A DNA stretch of 64,000 nucleotides from Octopus vulgaris (GCA_951406725.2 OX597837.1:6138001-6202000); one strand, 5' to 3'. Shown: positions 27,066-43,665, counted from the stretch's first letter. Made by a program: numbers and translations. Notes: generated by a model not told the origin, from the sequence alone.

Positions 27066-27649
27066 ATATCCGAGACTACGTATTGTAGAAAACTTGATCT
27101 GGAAGAAAATGTAATTTCTACAACTTATTTTTACTCAGGACGATTTATCGAACAGTTTTTGGCATACGACTCTGAAGCGTTCTCCGTCATGTAGTGAATT
27201 TGGGAGAGATACGTTACAAAGAATAATGTCTCTCTACATGACGATTAGATTCAGGAGCGACTTATTAATATGCCTAGCTATTACCGTGTCTAGCTATTAG
27301 TTTGTCCATGTATTAATATGTTTAGCTATTGGTGTATCAAGCTATTAGTTTTTCCTACTGTCTAGATATTAATGTTTTCAGCTACAAATGTGTCTTGGTA
27401 TCGTCTCTAGCTCTTACATATTCTAAATGTTATTGTGGCTTAATTTTAACATACCTAGCTACTAGTATTTTGTTATTAGCTTATGTAGGCATTGGCGTGT
27501 CGAGATTTTAATGTGTCTAGCTATTAATGTATGTGTATTTTGGTTGGTGAAATTATTGGTATGTCTAGGTCTTAGCATGTTCAGCTGTTACTATCTATAA
27601 ATATTGACACGTCTAGGAAACGATGTGTCTATTCATTTGTGCGTCTAGT

Positions 27650-28218
27650 TATTGGTTTCAAATTTTGGAATACGGTAAGCAAGTTGTTGCGAGGAAACAA
27701 GCCAATTAGATCGATCCCAGGGCTCGTCTGGTACTTATTTCATTGACCTCGAAAAGATGAATGGTAAAGTCGACCGCAGCGAAATTTGACAATTCAGAAA
27801 GTAAAAATGGATGCAATACCTATTTCTTTATTGCCCACAAGGGGCTAAACACAGGGAGGAGAAACAAGGACAGACAACCGTATTAAGTCGATTATATCGA
27901 CCCCAGTGCGTAACTGGTACTTAATTTTATCGACCCCGAAAGGATGAAAGGCAAAGTCGACCTCGGCGGAATTTGAACTCAGAACGTAGCGGCAGACGAT
28001 ATACCTCTTTTTTTACTACTCACAAGGGGCTAAACACAGAGAGGACAAACGGATTAAGTCGATTATATCGACCCCAGTGCGTAACTGGTACTTATTTAAT
28101 CGACCCCAAAAGGATGAAATGCAAAGTCGACCTCGGCGGAATTTGAACTCAGAACGTAACGGCAGACGAAGTACCGCTAAGCAATTCGCCTGACGTGCTA
28201 ACGTTTCTGCCAGCTCGC
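27650..28218 (-). mobile_element. Head-to-tail trimer of SINE S1
   Basis: One head at 28218. Bodies repeated and joined through the tail at about 28005 and 27820. Confidence 0.85.
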
Positions 28219-28992
28219 TGTGTTTGTGTGTTTTGATATTGATGTGTCTAACTCTTTATATGTCTACATATCAGAGTGTTTAGCTATTGGCGTATGTCGG
28301 TCTTACAGTGTGCCTAGCTGTTATTGTGTCTAACTATTCATGCGTCATTCTATTGATCTGTCTAGTTATCGATTTGGCTATCTACAGACGTGTCAAAATA
28401 CTTGCCAACTGAACTCTTAATATACCAATGTTTTGTTGTTTGTTGTTCTGGACAACGGTCATGATGGTTCTCATTGTGATGCTATTGGTTATATTGTTTA
28501 ATGACGATACCATGATGTTGATGGTGGTGGTCATGGTGAGAAAAATGAACAACAGGAGGCGGGGGTGGAGCAAATTCTATAATGCATTGAAAATCTTTGA
28601 AATCGGCGCCCCAGAATGAATCATATGTCTGCGCTATCAAATTTGACCCCTGGAGATTTGCTAACAAGGAGAAAGTATTAATGACGATCAGGTCTTGGAG
28701 ACTTGCAATCATAGATTTGGTCATTGAGATGCGACCTGTGACTAAGCATGGACAACAGCGAGTATTGAAACAGTTGAAACGGAAAATTCCCTCCCAAAGA
28801 TTTGTAGAAGTACGCATGCGTAGCGGTGGTAAGTAGCATAGTGTATAGAGTTCGCACGAGCAGCAAAATAATTCTTCAATGATATTAAGAATGGAGAAAG
28901 AAGACTCGGTATAGCAATTAATCATATAAATATTCTCTATCTTCACACACACACATGCAGAAAATGCACGTATGGGCTCATACATATGTATG

Positions 28993-29068
<76 letters not shown>

Positions 29069-29085
29069 GGATATATATATATATG

Positions 29086-29177
<92 letters not shown>

Positions 29178-29373
29178 TATATATATATCTACATGTTCGT
29201 GTGTGGGTGCATATAGACTATTAAGTAGTAAACTTTGCTATTGGGGGGGGGTGTACATATATATACAGATATCTGTAAGTATAATATATATATATACATA
29301 TATATACATATATTTATATATTTATACATTTATACATATGCATGCACACACACATATATATAAATTTATACAT

Positions 29374-29407
<34 letters not shown>

Positions 29408-29789
29408 GCGTATATAATTGGGGGAAAGAAAAGTGGAATTGACAAAACTCTTTAAATCCGAATATAAAATCATTACTCACACACACACAAACACACACAC
29501 ACACTCACCCCCACCTCCACAAACACATATCAAACAAATATTGCTATAAAATTTTCTTCTGACTCCTGAATGAAATATCATATACACTGTAAAATACACT
29601 TATAAGTTTAAACGAAACAAAAATATATATTTTTGTCGTTTAAGTTTCGTTTTTTTGTTTGTGACTAATGTTTACGATGTTAAGCGCAGTGAAATAGGTT
29701 AATACGTTGCAACGAAACGCTGAACTGAAAAATGTACTCTTTGAAAAGCTCGGGGGGTGGGGTGGAATTCTGGAAAAAACAATCGAGAA

Positions 29790-29794
29790 TATGA

Positions 29795-29853
<59 letters not shown>

Positions 29854-30000
29854 ATGCTACTACTATTCTAAAAATAATAATAATAATAATATTAATAATA
29901 ACGATAATAATGATGATGGTGATGGTGATGATGATAACGACGACGACGACGATGATGATGACGATGATGATGATGAAAATAATAACAATAATGATATCCT

Positions 30001-30065
<65 letters not shown>

Positions 30066-30230
30066 GGAATAAGAAAAATACTAATCGGATATGAAGAAGA
30101 AACAAGAAGATGAAGAAGAAAGAAGAAGAAGAAGAAGAAGAAGAAGAAGAAGAAGAAGAAGAAGAAGAAGAAGAAGAAGAAGAAGAAGAAGAAGAAGAAG
30201 AAGAAGAAAGAGAGGAAGAAGAAGAAATGG
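29790..30230. repeat. (ACT)n,(AAT)n,(GAT)n,(GAA)n field
   Basis: Directly visible. Confidence 0.95.
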
Positions 30231-30374
30231 AATAGTGATAAGCGAATTTTGAAAATTTCACTGAAAATATAATATCTAAATGCAAAATTGTTCAAAATAC
30301 TTCTATGAAATACTGATAAGAAGATTTAGTTATGTATGTATATATCTCGAGAAACGTTTTTGCGTACAAGTACA

Positions 30375-30660
<286 letters not shown>

Positions 30661-30859
30661 ATATACGCACATGTATATTAATATGTTGAGATATAGATAG
30701 GTATATATATTTTTTTTATATATTAATATATAGGGGTATATATACATATACACACACATAGACACACGCATATATATATTATATGTATTGGGAGAAAGAG
30801 AGTGGCAGAGATAGAGAATAAAAAAGAGAAAACTATATTTCCGTTTGCATATGCGGTTC

Positions 30860-31037
<178 letters not shown>

Positions 31038-31263
31038 ATCTCTATATTGTGTGTGCGAGTTTGAGTCAAGTACGGGCGAGTTGTATTTATGTATACATAT
31101 ATACCTCTTTACATGAGTGTAACCTATATTTACATATGCATACACATACATGCACACACATAGACACTTGAGCACATACATGCAGCCCCCCACCCCCACC
31201 ACCACACCACCACCACCACACACACAACAAGCAAACGCACTCACTCACTCACTCAGACATATA

Positions 31264-31497
31264 CAGGTTTGGCCAAAAGTCACCCGACGGTAAATCAAAA
31301 TTCTGTAAATACTATCTGTAATCCAGTATTGATTCCAATGGACAAATATGTTGCTCAAGAAGGGCTTCAGTTTTAACGATTTGCTGTTATTGTTTGAACA
31401 AGATTTCTTTAATTAAATCCATTCAGTTGTTAAACATAAATAAATCTTGTATTTAAATGCTTTTCATTTACTGTCAGGTGAGTTTTGGTCAAACCTG
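31264..31497. mobile_element. Tc1/mariner-type MITE
   Basis: TIRs CAGGTTTGGCCAAAAGTCACCCGACGGTAAAT / ATTTACTGTCAGGTGAGTTTTGGTCAAACCTG. Left flank TA, right flank TG. Confidence 0.8.
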
Positions 31498-31562
31498 TGT
31501 ATACCTATAAACTCTTCGGTCGTCCACATCACGTAAGTGTTCTGCTATTTCTGGCTGAACCA

Positions 31563-32148
<586 letters not shown>

Positions 32149-32232
32149 CTTTGTTCGTAAGGATCAAATGTTTGCGCGTTACATTAGCTCAATCCCTCCT
32201 TCAAATCGTCTCTGCCGATACAGGTTCGTGGA

Positions 32233-32450
32233 AGGCGGCGAGCTGGCTGAAACGTTAGCGCGCCAGGCGAGATGCTTAGCGGTATTTCGTCTGCCGCTAT
32301 GTTCTGAGTTCAAATTCCGCCGAGGTCGACTTTGCCTTTCATTCTTTCGGGGATTTTAACATAAGTACCAGTTCGCTACTAGTTGTCGATATAATTGGTT
32401 TATCCCTACCACCGTATTTGCTGGCACTGCGCCAAAATTTTAAGCCAATA
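32233..32450 (+). mobile_element. SINE family S1
   Basis: Homology to the other S1 copies. Confidence 0.85.
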
Positions 32451-32898
32451 TTTATGAATAGCATTTTCGAATCTCCGTTTAGAAACATCAACATTGTGTT
32501 CTTGGGATGCATTCGGATGCTGGGATCCATCAATTAACATGCTACGAAGTCCATCTGTTTGATGTATTGGAATATAATTGGAATGTATTGAAATGCTTCT
32601 AAAAAAATTCTCCCAATTACTAAAAGAAAAAAATTGCCATATATCTGTGTGTCTATGCTTTTGTGGAGTAGATATAATACCGCATATGTACGCATATCTA
32701 CGTACACACACCACATACGCACTCACACATATATATGTATATATGTATGCATGTTTGTATCTACTTTTAAAATGGATAATTTTTAAGAGAAAATTCGAGA
32801 TATCTGGACTTTTTCAGTATAAATAAAAGACATATATATACATATATATATGTATACATAAACATATATTTTTATATATACATGAGGGGTGGAGCTGT

Positions 32899-32942
<44 letters not shown>

Positions 32943-33109
32943 TAGATAGATAGATAGATAGATAAGTAGCTACAAAAATGCATAAATACGTTCACACACA
33001 GGCGCGCGTACACCCACTCCTACACACATACACACTCACTTACACGCACGCATATATCTGTAGGTATATATATGTATGGATGGATGGATGGATTTAATAT
33101 GTATTACAT

Positions 33110-33160
<51 letters not shown>

Positions 33161-33974
33161 ATATAACACACACACACACACACACATACATATACATATA
33201 CTCGCATCCATACATACATATATACACACACATGCTCATACACATTGAGATATTTATATATATACAGATACGCATACACAAGAGAGACAGAGACACAGAT
33301 AAAGGGACCAGCTTACAAAAAGAAACGTATTTTATGAATACAGAGAAAGAGAAGTAGAGAGACAGAGAGAAGAGAGGGACGGAAGTAGAGGATGGAGAGA
33401 AGACAGAGAGAAGGGGAGAGACAGAGAGAGAGAGAGAGATGATGAAAGAGATGCAGAGAGACGAAGATAAATGTTTATGCATAAACATGCATGCCAAAAA
33501 AGTGCATATGATTCCTTATAAGCCTTTTTTAAATGCGCCGATCAATAAAACTATTTAAAATGTTTCTGAATCCAGCCAGTGAAGGAATACGCATCTATCT
33601 ATCTATATCGAACATTCGATACATATACACACATATATATATATATTCGTTTGTGTGTGTGAGTAAACCCGTGAGTGTGCAGTAGTGTGTAGGATTATCT
33701 CAAAGTGCATGCAGACAAATAAAGGTAAAGGAATAAGGAAAAATTGGCGAGGAACTATACGCACGCACAGCCAAGTAGATACGCTTAATACGTATGGAAA
33801 AGTGGAAACGCTCATGCATGCATGTGAACCTATAGCCACGCATTCAAGAGAATGTAAATTATATAAATTACATATGAACCTTCAAAAAAAAGATCCCAAT
33901 CCTACATTCTACATATAAACACATATATACACGCGTATATACATACATACATACTTGTGCGTGTATGTATATAA

Positions 33975-34011
<37 letters not shown>

Positions 34012-34020
34012 CATACGTAC

Positions 34021-34081
<61 letters not shown>

Positions 34082-34282
34082 TATACATATGTATATATAA
34101 AATATGTATGTATATATAAATACATATATATGTACAAATACTTTTTCAAATGAATATAAATTGAAGAAATTGCATAGGAACATTAAAAACGATTCAAGAT
34201 GCATTTGTGTGTATGTGTATATATATAGATATATATACAGATATATAGATAGATAGATAGATATATACACACATATATATAC

Positions 34283-34313
<31 letters not shown>

Positions 34314-35252
34314 TATATACGCATATATACATATGTATATATATATATATACGTATACATATATATATGTGTGTGTGTATATATGTATGTATATATATAT
34401 GTATATATATATATGCATATATATATATATGTATATATATATATATGTACAAGTACTTGTGTATATATATATATATGTACAAGTACTTGTGTACATATAT
34501 ATATATATATATGTACAAGTACTTGTGTATCGGTTTATATGTTTGTAAATATATGTGTGTGTGTGTACATGTGCATATGTGTGTGTGTGCGTGTGTGTGT
34601 GTTTGTGTGTGTAAGAATAAGAATTAGATGGGAACGTCAACCAAAAATAAGCAGAAAAAGTTCCATTGCTCTCCATATTGGAAAACACGGTGGCATTAAA
34701 TATGCCAAAGAAATCTTTATTTAAGAATTTAAGAAACATAGAAAAAAAAAAAGGTAAAAATAAGGACCTGAATGCTAATATGCCACAATGGTCTTTTTAT
34801 CGTTTTACTCCAATAAATAAATAAATAAATAGACAAAAATATATTACAAAAAAATATACCAAAATTAAGGATTCTTGAAAATTCTTCAGAAATTCTACGT
34901 AGTGAAGAAAATCTTTCAAAGAATACTTTCACGTATGTTTTTATAAGCAGCAAAAATGGTAATATCTTAAGTTACATTATAAGACATGCATTAGCTTTAT
35001 AAATTGATGTCAAATATACGGACATATATATATATTTTTATATTTGTGGGTATGAGAGTGTACTTGTGTGTGCGTGTGTGTTTGTGTGTGTGTCTGTATG
35101 CAAAGGGTGGAGAGTATCTGGGCATTATATTTAATCGGATTGATGACACAACCATGCAAAAAAAAAATAATAAAATGAAAAATAAGTATAAAATTATTCA
35201 ACGTTTTATTTTCCATCTTGCAAACTAATAGAGAAGAATTATTCCAAAGGTG

Positions 35253-35298
<46 letters not shown>

Positions 35299-36279
35299 GT
35301 ACAATATGTGTATCTATATTTCTGTGCCGGGTGTGCCTTTATGTATCTAGTTATCCACCTCTATGTCTGCCTCTCTCTGTGTATATATACATACAATGAT
35401 AACGGAGAGCTAAATTCTTAAGAACTAAATATTTGAGACGACTAAATGGATCTCACGAAATTACTTTATCCAATAAATATTACATCTTATTTTCTGAACA
35501 CACACACACATGTATGTATATGTATCTAGCTTATATATCTACCTATATTTGTTTACATTTTTCTGTATATATCTATCAATATATATATATATATATGATT
35601 CAAATATGAAACGTTTACTTCATTGCATCATGTTCCTAATGGTTATTTGTTCTGGGGTAAATTTTAAGACTCTTTGTCTGCTTTCATGGAAAATCGGTAT
35701 TAATAACTAAAGTATAAAGATTTTTTGTTGAGCCGCTCAAAGTTGGGATCAGCATGCCGTTGTACTGTTCTTCTTGAACGACTGAAGATCAAGTCATTTT
35801 GATATTTGCTTCACTCGTCTTTGCGCTGTTTTATTTTGGAGTCTATTTTACATCGTTCAAATCATCTTGTGCTTTTCAACGTTCAAATCAATTAAATTTG
35901 TGGTATTCAATGTTAGAGACAATATTTATTTTGTTTGAATCTTCGTCTTGAACTGCAAAATGACGGGCTCATTTTGACATCGATTATTTCATCTTGGACT
36001 TCTCTAAGATTGTGTCAGTTTGAGTCGTTCATCTTATCTTGAGGTGTTCAGTGTTAGTCATTTTTATGCAGGCTCAAACTATCGTCTTAAGGAGGATTAA
36101 CTTCGATATTGTCCAAATCAGGTTGTGTTGATCAAAATTCAAACCAGTATGGCATCGTCGCCTGCGTTCCGGCGTCGACACGTTGAGGGCAGCGAGTGGT
36201 GAAAGACGGGTCAGCCGCGTGGGGAAGGCATATGAGCACTATGACCATCTTTCATACGATGGTTCTCAGTGACTATAAA

Positions 36280-36600
36280 GCGGTTACGACGACGGGGGTT
36301 CCAACTGATCCGATCAACAGAAGAGACAGATCGCGAAATTAACGTGCAAGTGGCTGAGTACTCCACAGACACGCGTATCCTTAACTTGGTTCTCAGGGAG
36401 AATCAGAATGACATGACACAGAATATGACCAGATTGGCCACTTCAAAATAGTGTTGCCACTAATTTTTGCCAGATAAGTTAACCGGGACAGCATGAAATA
36501 AAGTATCTTGGTTAAGGATGCAACAACCCACCTAGAATCGAACTCACAACATAACGATCGTAAGTCAAATATCTTAACCCCTTAACCACGCCCCTTCACT
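36280..36600 (-). mobile_element. Diverged SINE with an S4-type 3' part
   Basis: 36280-36450 is the reverse complement of the 52490-52650-like segment; tRNA-like head at about 36530-36600. Confidence 0.6.
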
Positions 36601-37282
36601 GATATATCGTTTGCTTTTATAACGCGTGTAGCCATCTTCTTTTTCTTGGCTTTTGTTCAGAAAAAGCAATCAGTCTCTCATTCTCCAAATATATCGAAAT
36701 AACCATTAAATAATAAATGAATGCATAAACGCATAAAGAAATAAAATCCACATCTAATATACCAAGGATTTTTCAAAAATGTTGAAAATAAATACTAGCA
36801 TCCAATAGAAATCCTAAAATGTTAACCCTCCCCGCAACTCCACCGCAAAGAAAGAAAAAAGTGCACAAAGGATTAAAAAACATTGCAACTAATTTCGTTT
36901 CGTTTCATTTCAGCTTATTTTAGAAATTTAAATGTACCCTTAAAATTGCTATAGAATTGGTTGGGAGAAAAATTTTAATACGTTATTAGATGCGCGATAA
37001 TAAAAATGAATCCGAAGCGTGTGTGCGTTTGCGTGTGCGAGTGTGCATGTATGGATGTGTGTGTGTGCATGTATATGTTCATACGCGCACTCACAAATTG
37101 TATAAATATATACATATATATACACAAATGCATATATGCATAAAACACGAAATAATACGATACATTGTAAAATGATACAAACTCATATGGACCCGCATGT
37201 ATGTATGTATATATATATATATATCTGTGTCTGTATGGATATATTTATATGAATGTTGTGAAAATTTATAAATATTTAAAGC

Positions 37283-37330
<48 letters not shown>

Positions 37331-37623
37331 CATACGATATATACGTATATATATAAACACAAAGACATATATATATATTATATATATAAACATATGTATA
37401 TATGTATAGATATATATATTAATATACAGACAATGGTGTATATGGTATATACACAGAGATATATATGTATGTATATGCATGTATGTTTGTATCTATGTAT
37501 GTATATGCATATATATGTATTTCTCTCTCTATTGTCGTACACACACTAACACATACACATACACACACACACTCACATACACACACACATATATTTATAT
37601 ATATATGTATGTATATATATATA

Positions 37624-37668
<45 letters not shown>

Positions 37669-37746
37669 GAAGATGCACTAGTGTGCGAATGAGTATGTAT
37701 TTATATCATATTCACCTTATGAATGTATCTATATTGCTATATATTA

Positions 37747-37816
<70 letters not shown>

Positions 37817-39356
37817 ACGCGCCAGTTTATTCGATATAATTCTTGTTTCGCTGAAAATTTTTCGCAATAGAAATTAACAGAGGAAGTAATATGAGATTAA
37901 AGTAATTTTTAAGTGAAATTCTATAGAAACACATGTATTGATGTGTTTGATAGATTGACGATAAAAAATGTCAATGATAAATCACTTTTGACACATTCAA
38001 TCACTCAAACACACATACACACACACATATACATACATATATATATATATGTATGTATGTATTTATGTATGTATGTACGTATGTGTGTGTGTATATATAA
38101 AAATATGCGTATACTTTTTAATGGTAATGTATGGTCATACATGAATATATATGTATGTGCACATAAATATGAATATATATATATAAATAGATGTAAGTCT
38201 ATACAGATATATATACGCATATATACACACACATATATATAAATATATATATATATACGTATATATATACATATATATACATTTGTATATTGTATACATA
38301 TGTATGGGTATGTATATATATATGTGTATATATACACGTATATATATATATTCATTTGTATATTGTATACATATGTATGTGCATGTATATATGTATATAT
38401 ATATATATATGTGTGTGTCTGTGTGTGTGTGTATGCGTCAATTCATAGGAGTATAACATAAATTATTTCATGTGTGTCTATGTATATCTGTATATGTGTA
38501 AAAATTAAAAAATATAGAAATGAAGTGAGTGTTGTCTATATAAGTGTGTACCCGTATTTACACACACACCCACCCACATACATACACAAACATAGTATAT
38601 ATATATGTTTGCGCGGATGCACTCTCACACACACACATGGTATATACGCGGGTGCGCGGATGCACTCACGCACATACACACATACACATATACTTGCATA
38701 TGCATCTACATCGTAGAGGCTTTATATTTAAAGACTGATTGTGTTCATGGCATTTGACATTTGAAATGCTGTTAGAGAAATAAAGGGTATCACGTTTCCG
38801 TTTTTCCAAACGATATAAGAGAAGGGATGACAAAGAGATATTCCATTTGACTCTTAAACATCTACGTCTGCATGGAAACGTATTCCCGCTTCTGTTCTGA
38901 GGTTTCTTCGCTCTTGACCGATTATCATCAATGAGAAACTCCGAGTAACATGTACTTATTTATCTTTTATCTTTTACTCGCCTCAGTCATTAGGCTGCGG
39001 CCATGCTGGAGCACAGCGTTGAAGAATTGTCAGTCAAATGAATCAATCCCACTACTTCTTATTTTAAAACCTGGTGCTTAAAAATACACCACAATTGTTT
39101 CGACGCGTTTTTACACGTATCGTATATTGGTGAGATGATATAATTTGGACGAACTTTGCATAACATACTACAATGGTTTTGTCCAAACCTCATTCTACTA
39201 TACAATCACATACAAACAAACCCACACTCACACATACACACACATATATGCATACACTCACACATCTAAATATATAACGTAAATATATATACATTTTCGC
39301 TCGCATAATATGTAGATGGAATCCAGATTACCTCTCTGTTACTCTTCCACTCTCAC

Positions 39357-39396
<40 letters not shown>

Positions 39397-39493
39397 ACTC
39401 ACACATAGAATTATACATATATATTAGCTCAGAGGAGAAGATCCCCAAATATACTAATATATATTCTAATTTGAGCCAAAAGTCAGCAGACGT

Positions 39494-39903
39494 AGGAGTG
39501 GCTGTGTGGTAAGTAGCTTGCTTACCAACCACATGGTTCCGGGTTCAGTCCCACTGCGTGGCACCTTCGGCAAATGTTTTCTACTATAGCCTCGGGCCGA
39601 CCAAAGACTTGTGAGTGGATTTGGTAGACGGAAACTAAAAGAAGCCCGTCGTATATATGCATATATATATATGTATGTGTGTGTGTGTGTCCGTTGTATG
39701 TCTGTGTTTGTCCCCCAACATCGCTTGACAAGAGATGGTGGTATGTTTACGTCCTCGTAACTTAGCGGTTCGGCAAAAAACACCAATAGAATAAGTACTA
39801 GGCTTACAAAGAATAAGTCCTGGTGTCGATTTGCTCGACTAAAGGTGGTGCTCCAGCATGGCCACAGTCAAATGACTGAAAGAAGTAAAAAAGTAAAAGA
39901 GTA
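39494..39903 (+). mobile_element. SINE family S2, full length
   Basis: tRNA-like head, internal TA/TG tract, tail GGTGGTGCTCCAGCATGGCCACAGTCAAATGACTGAAAGAAGTAAAA. Confidence 0.85.
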
Positions 39904-40202
39904 ATGAACGTCAACCGGGACACAGGAGCATATGGTCAACAGCATTACATGGCGCCTTTCATTACGATAATGTCGTTACTAACAGAAGACAACAGTAAAT
40001 AATTGATGAAGGGATTGGAAACCAGGAGTGTCTACGTCACATGAATTATTGCAGAAAACCACCTTCAGACACCGTACAGAAATATAGACATTACTATTGC
40101 TATACATGTACACAGTATAGCTTAGAAAGCATGCTGTGTTGTTTGATTTGGTTTCTTCTCGTATGTAAATTACTCCCCTTTGTTTTTACGTTTATATGTA
40201 TG

Positions 40203-40277
<75 letters not shown>

Positions 40278-40301
40278 TAATATATATATAAATATATATA
40301 A

Positions 40302-40507
40302 TGCTAATCCAAACAAGAAAGCACAAAAAACACAACAACGCGAGGACGTGGAACAAATATAGTATTATTAGACGCTCAGGAAAGAAGGAAAGAAGGAGGG
40401 CTTAGCGTTTCGAGCGGAGCTCTTTGTCGGAAACATAGGAGAATGAAAGATCCAGAGAAGGGAAGACAGAGGAAAAAAATCGCCAACGGTACACACGCGG
40501 TCACATT

Positions 40508-40512
<5 letters not shown>
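40302..40512 (-). mobile_element. Hammerhead element family A, copy 3 (decayed core CCGACAA, motif 40400-40434)
   Basis: Reverse complement of 656-870, with (TA)n on both sides. Confidence 0.75.
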
Positions 40513-40546
<34 letters not shown>

Positions 40547-40864
40547 ACTTTTTGCGTAAGGCTGTATAGATATTAGAGCATTTATATAAAGAAGGTCTTA
40601 CAGCTGTTTCAAGAATATTAATTAATAATATTGTTATGGTTTGTCTGTTTTTTGTCTAGTATTATAGTCGTAGGTATGATTACTGCAACATTCGTAAAGG
40701 GCCTTCAAACGTCTATAGCAAGAATATTGCCAAATTTGATAATACCAGTAAAACGTCTAGGAATTTCCTCAATATTGAATCTGTACTATAATTTTCTGGT
40801 GTATATTCCATTATATATTTTATCTGGGTCCTTGGCGGTTGTGAGAGTAGGTGTATTCATTTAG

Positions 40865-40906
<42 letters not shown>

Positions 40907-40940
40907 TATACATATACATATGTTTATACATATATATATG

Positions 40941-41023
<83 letters not shown>

Positions 41024-41024
41024 T

Positions 41025-41122
41025 TCAAATGTACAGAAATCAAAAGACAGTTGAAAGAACAACAGGTAGGTGCACTAGATTGACACTCGGAAAGAATGGA
41101 AGTCTTTGATGTTTTAAGCCTA

Positions 41123-41125
<3 letters not shown>
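41025..41125 (-). mobile_element. Truncated hammerhead element family B
   Basis: TAGGCTTAAAACATCAAAGACTTCCATTCTTTCCGAGTGTCAA resembles 53509-53555; embedded in (TA)n. Confidence 0.5.
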
Positions 41126-41187
<62 letters not shown>

Positions 41188-41589
41188 TCACATATATATG
41201 TATGTATGTGTTTATGTTTATGTGTGTGTATATATATATATATGTGTGTGTTTGTGTATGTATATATATATATGTGTGTGTAAATATACTTATATATATA
41301 CACACACATATATATATATATTTCCTATTATTTTCCTCTCTCTCTCTATATATATATACATATACATACAAACATTGCTTCTATATATTTATATATTTAT
41401 ATACATGGATATATGCAGGCATATAAATATGTTTATGTGTGTGTGTGTGTGCATTCTTGCTTTGGGCCTCCCTACCAGGCTCGAGCGTAAACATGTCTGT
41501 ATCTGGCAAAAGTCAACGATCCAATGTTCATTGCCGAACCACTAGTTCTCACCCAAACGGCCGTCGTCCCTACCATCGCTGCAACCACC

Positions 41590-41623
<34 letters not shown>

Positions 41624-41812
41624 TCATCATTTTTCGTGGTGTTATTGTTATTGTTTTGTTTTCTTTTCTGCTTTTCTTCATTCTGTAGCAAGCTTTCTTT
41701 CTTGTCATTGCTGATATTTTTGGTTTTGTTTTTTGTGGTTTTGGCTTCTCTATTCCTCTTTTTGTAGTTACGCAGTTGGTGTTCGCTGGCTGTTTTCGGG
41801 CACTCGGCAAGA

Positions 41813-41814
<2 letters not shown>

Positions 41815-41899
<85 letters not shown>

Positions 41900-41908
41900 G
41901 TAACAATG

Positions 41909-41942
<34 letters not shown>

Positions 41943-41980
41943 TAAAAATAATAATAATAATAATAATAATAGTAACAATG

Positions 41981-42014
<34 letters not shown>

Positions 42015-42052
42015 TAAAAATAATAATAATAATAATAATAATAGTAACAATG

Positions 42053-42086
<34 letters not shown>

Positions 42087-42103
42087 TAAAAATAATAATA
42101 ATG

Positions 42104-42137
<34 letters not shown>

Positions 42138-42485
42138 TAACAATAATAATGACAACAATAATAATAATGATAATAATAACAATAATAATAATGATAATAA
42201 TAACAATAATAATAATAACAACAACAACAACAACAACAAAAAAATGATAGCAACGACAACAAACAACGATAGCAACAACTACAACAGAAACAATAACAAA
42301 TATTATGAGAAGAGGACGAAGAAGACAAAAAAGAAGAAAAACAAAGAGAAGATAGAGAAGGAAGAAGAAGAAGAAGAAGAAGGATGAGGAGAAGAAGAAG
42401 AAGAAGAAGAAGAAGAAGAAGAAGAAGAAGAAGAAGGAAAACTAGAAGAATGTTAATAATAACAATATGAATATCAACATAGATG

Positions 42486-42546
<61 letters not shown>

Positions 42547-42570
42547 TAATAATAATAATAATGATGATAA
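41815..42570. repeat. (AAT)n/(GAA)n field with a 72-bp higher-order period
   Basis: AGTAACAATGAT recurs at 41899, 41971 and 42043. Confidence 0.9.
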
Positions 42571-42736
42571 CAACACACAACATTGGTAATGGTGACAAAC
42601 GTATTAAAGAATATAAAATAAGTTAAAACCCTGTGAGGCATCCACAGTTGTTTTCTTGCTTTCAATGTCACGATGTCAGATTTGGAAAATAGTTTATCAG
42701 AATTGTCCAGATTTTCCTTTTCCTTTTTATGTATAT

Positions 42737-42789
<53 letters not shown>

Positions 42790-42860
42790 TATGTGTATAT
42801 GTATGCATATATGTAAATATATATATATGTATATGTATATGTACATGTATAAATATATAA

Positions 42861-42931
<71 letters not shown>

Positions 42932-43131
42932 CGTATGTATATAAATGTATGAATATACGTGAGGATAACACTGTGGCTTTGTAAGACAGCTTTAAGTCGA
43001 ATATGAGTAAGAAAGAAAGACATTAAGTATTGGATAAACTTAGATAAAATGAGAGAAAATTCCGACATTTTAAGATATCATGAATAAAGTATGATGTGGT
43101 AAGAAAATATGAGATACGTGAACATAAGCAA

Positions 43132-43665
43132 AGGAGTGGCGGTGTGGTAAGTAGCTTACTTACGAACTACATGGTTCCGAGTTCGGTCCCACTGCGGTGG
43201 CACCTTGGGCAAGTGTTTCTACTATAGCCTCGGGCCAACCAAACCCTTGTGAGTGGATTTGGTAGATGGAAACAGAAAGAAGCCCGTCGTATGTATTTAT
43301 ATATATATATGTATGTGCATGTATATATATTTGTGTGCCTGTGTTTGTGCCCCCAATATCACTTTACTCGAGCAACTCAACCCCAGGACTTATTCTTTGT
43401 AAGCCGAATACTTATTCTAACGGTTTTGTTCGGCTGAAGGTTTTAGTAAAAGACACTTGCCCAAGGTTCCACGTGTTGGGACTGAACCTGGAACCTTGAC
43501 ACCCACACACATACACACACCACACACACTTACATACACGCATGTGCATCGGGATTCTTTCAGTTTCCATCTACCAAATCCACCCACAAGGTTTTGTTCG
43601 GCCCAAGGTTGTAATAAAAGACACTTGCCCAAGGTTCCACATGTTGGGACTGAACCTGGAACCAT
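43132..43665. mobile_element. Cluster of S2 SINE pieces in both orientations
   Basis: Plus copy at 43132-43430; minus heads at about 43432-43500 and 43550-43665. Confidence 0.75.

Noticed and set aside
41490-41580. QRSNVH peptide shared with the 20123-20140 frame
   Set aside because: Six residues only, no extension; likely chance
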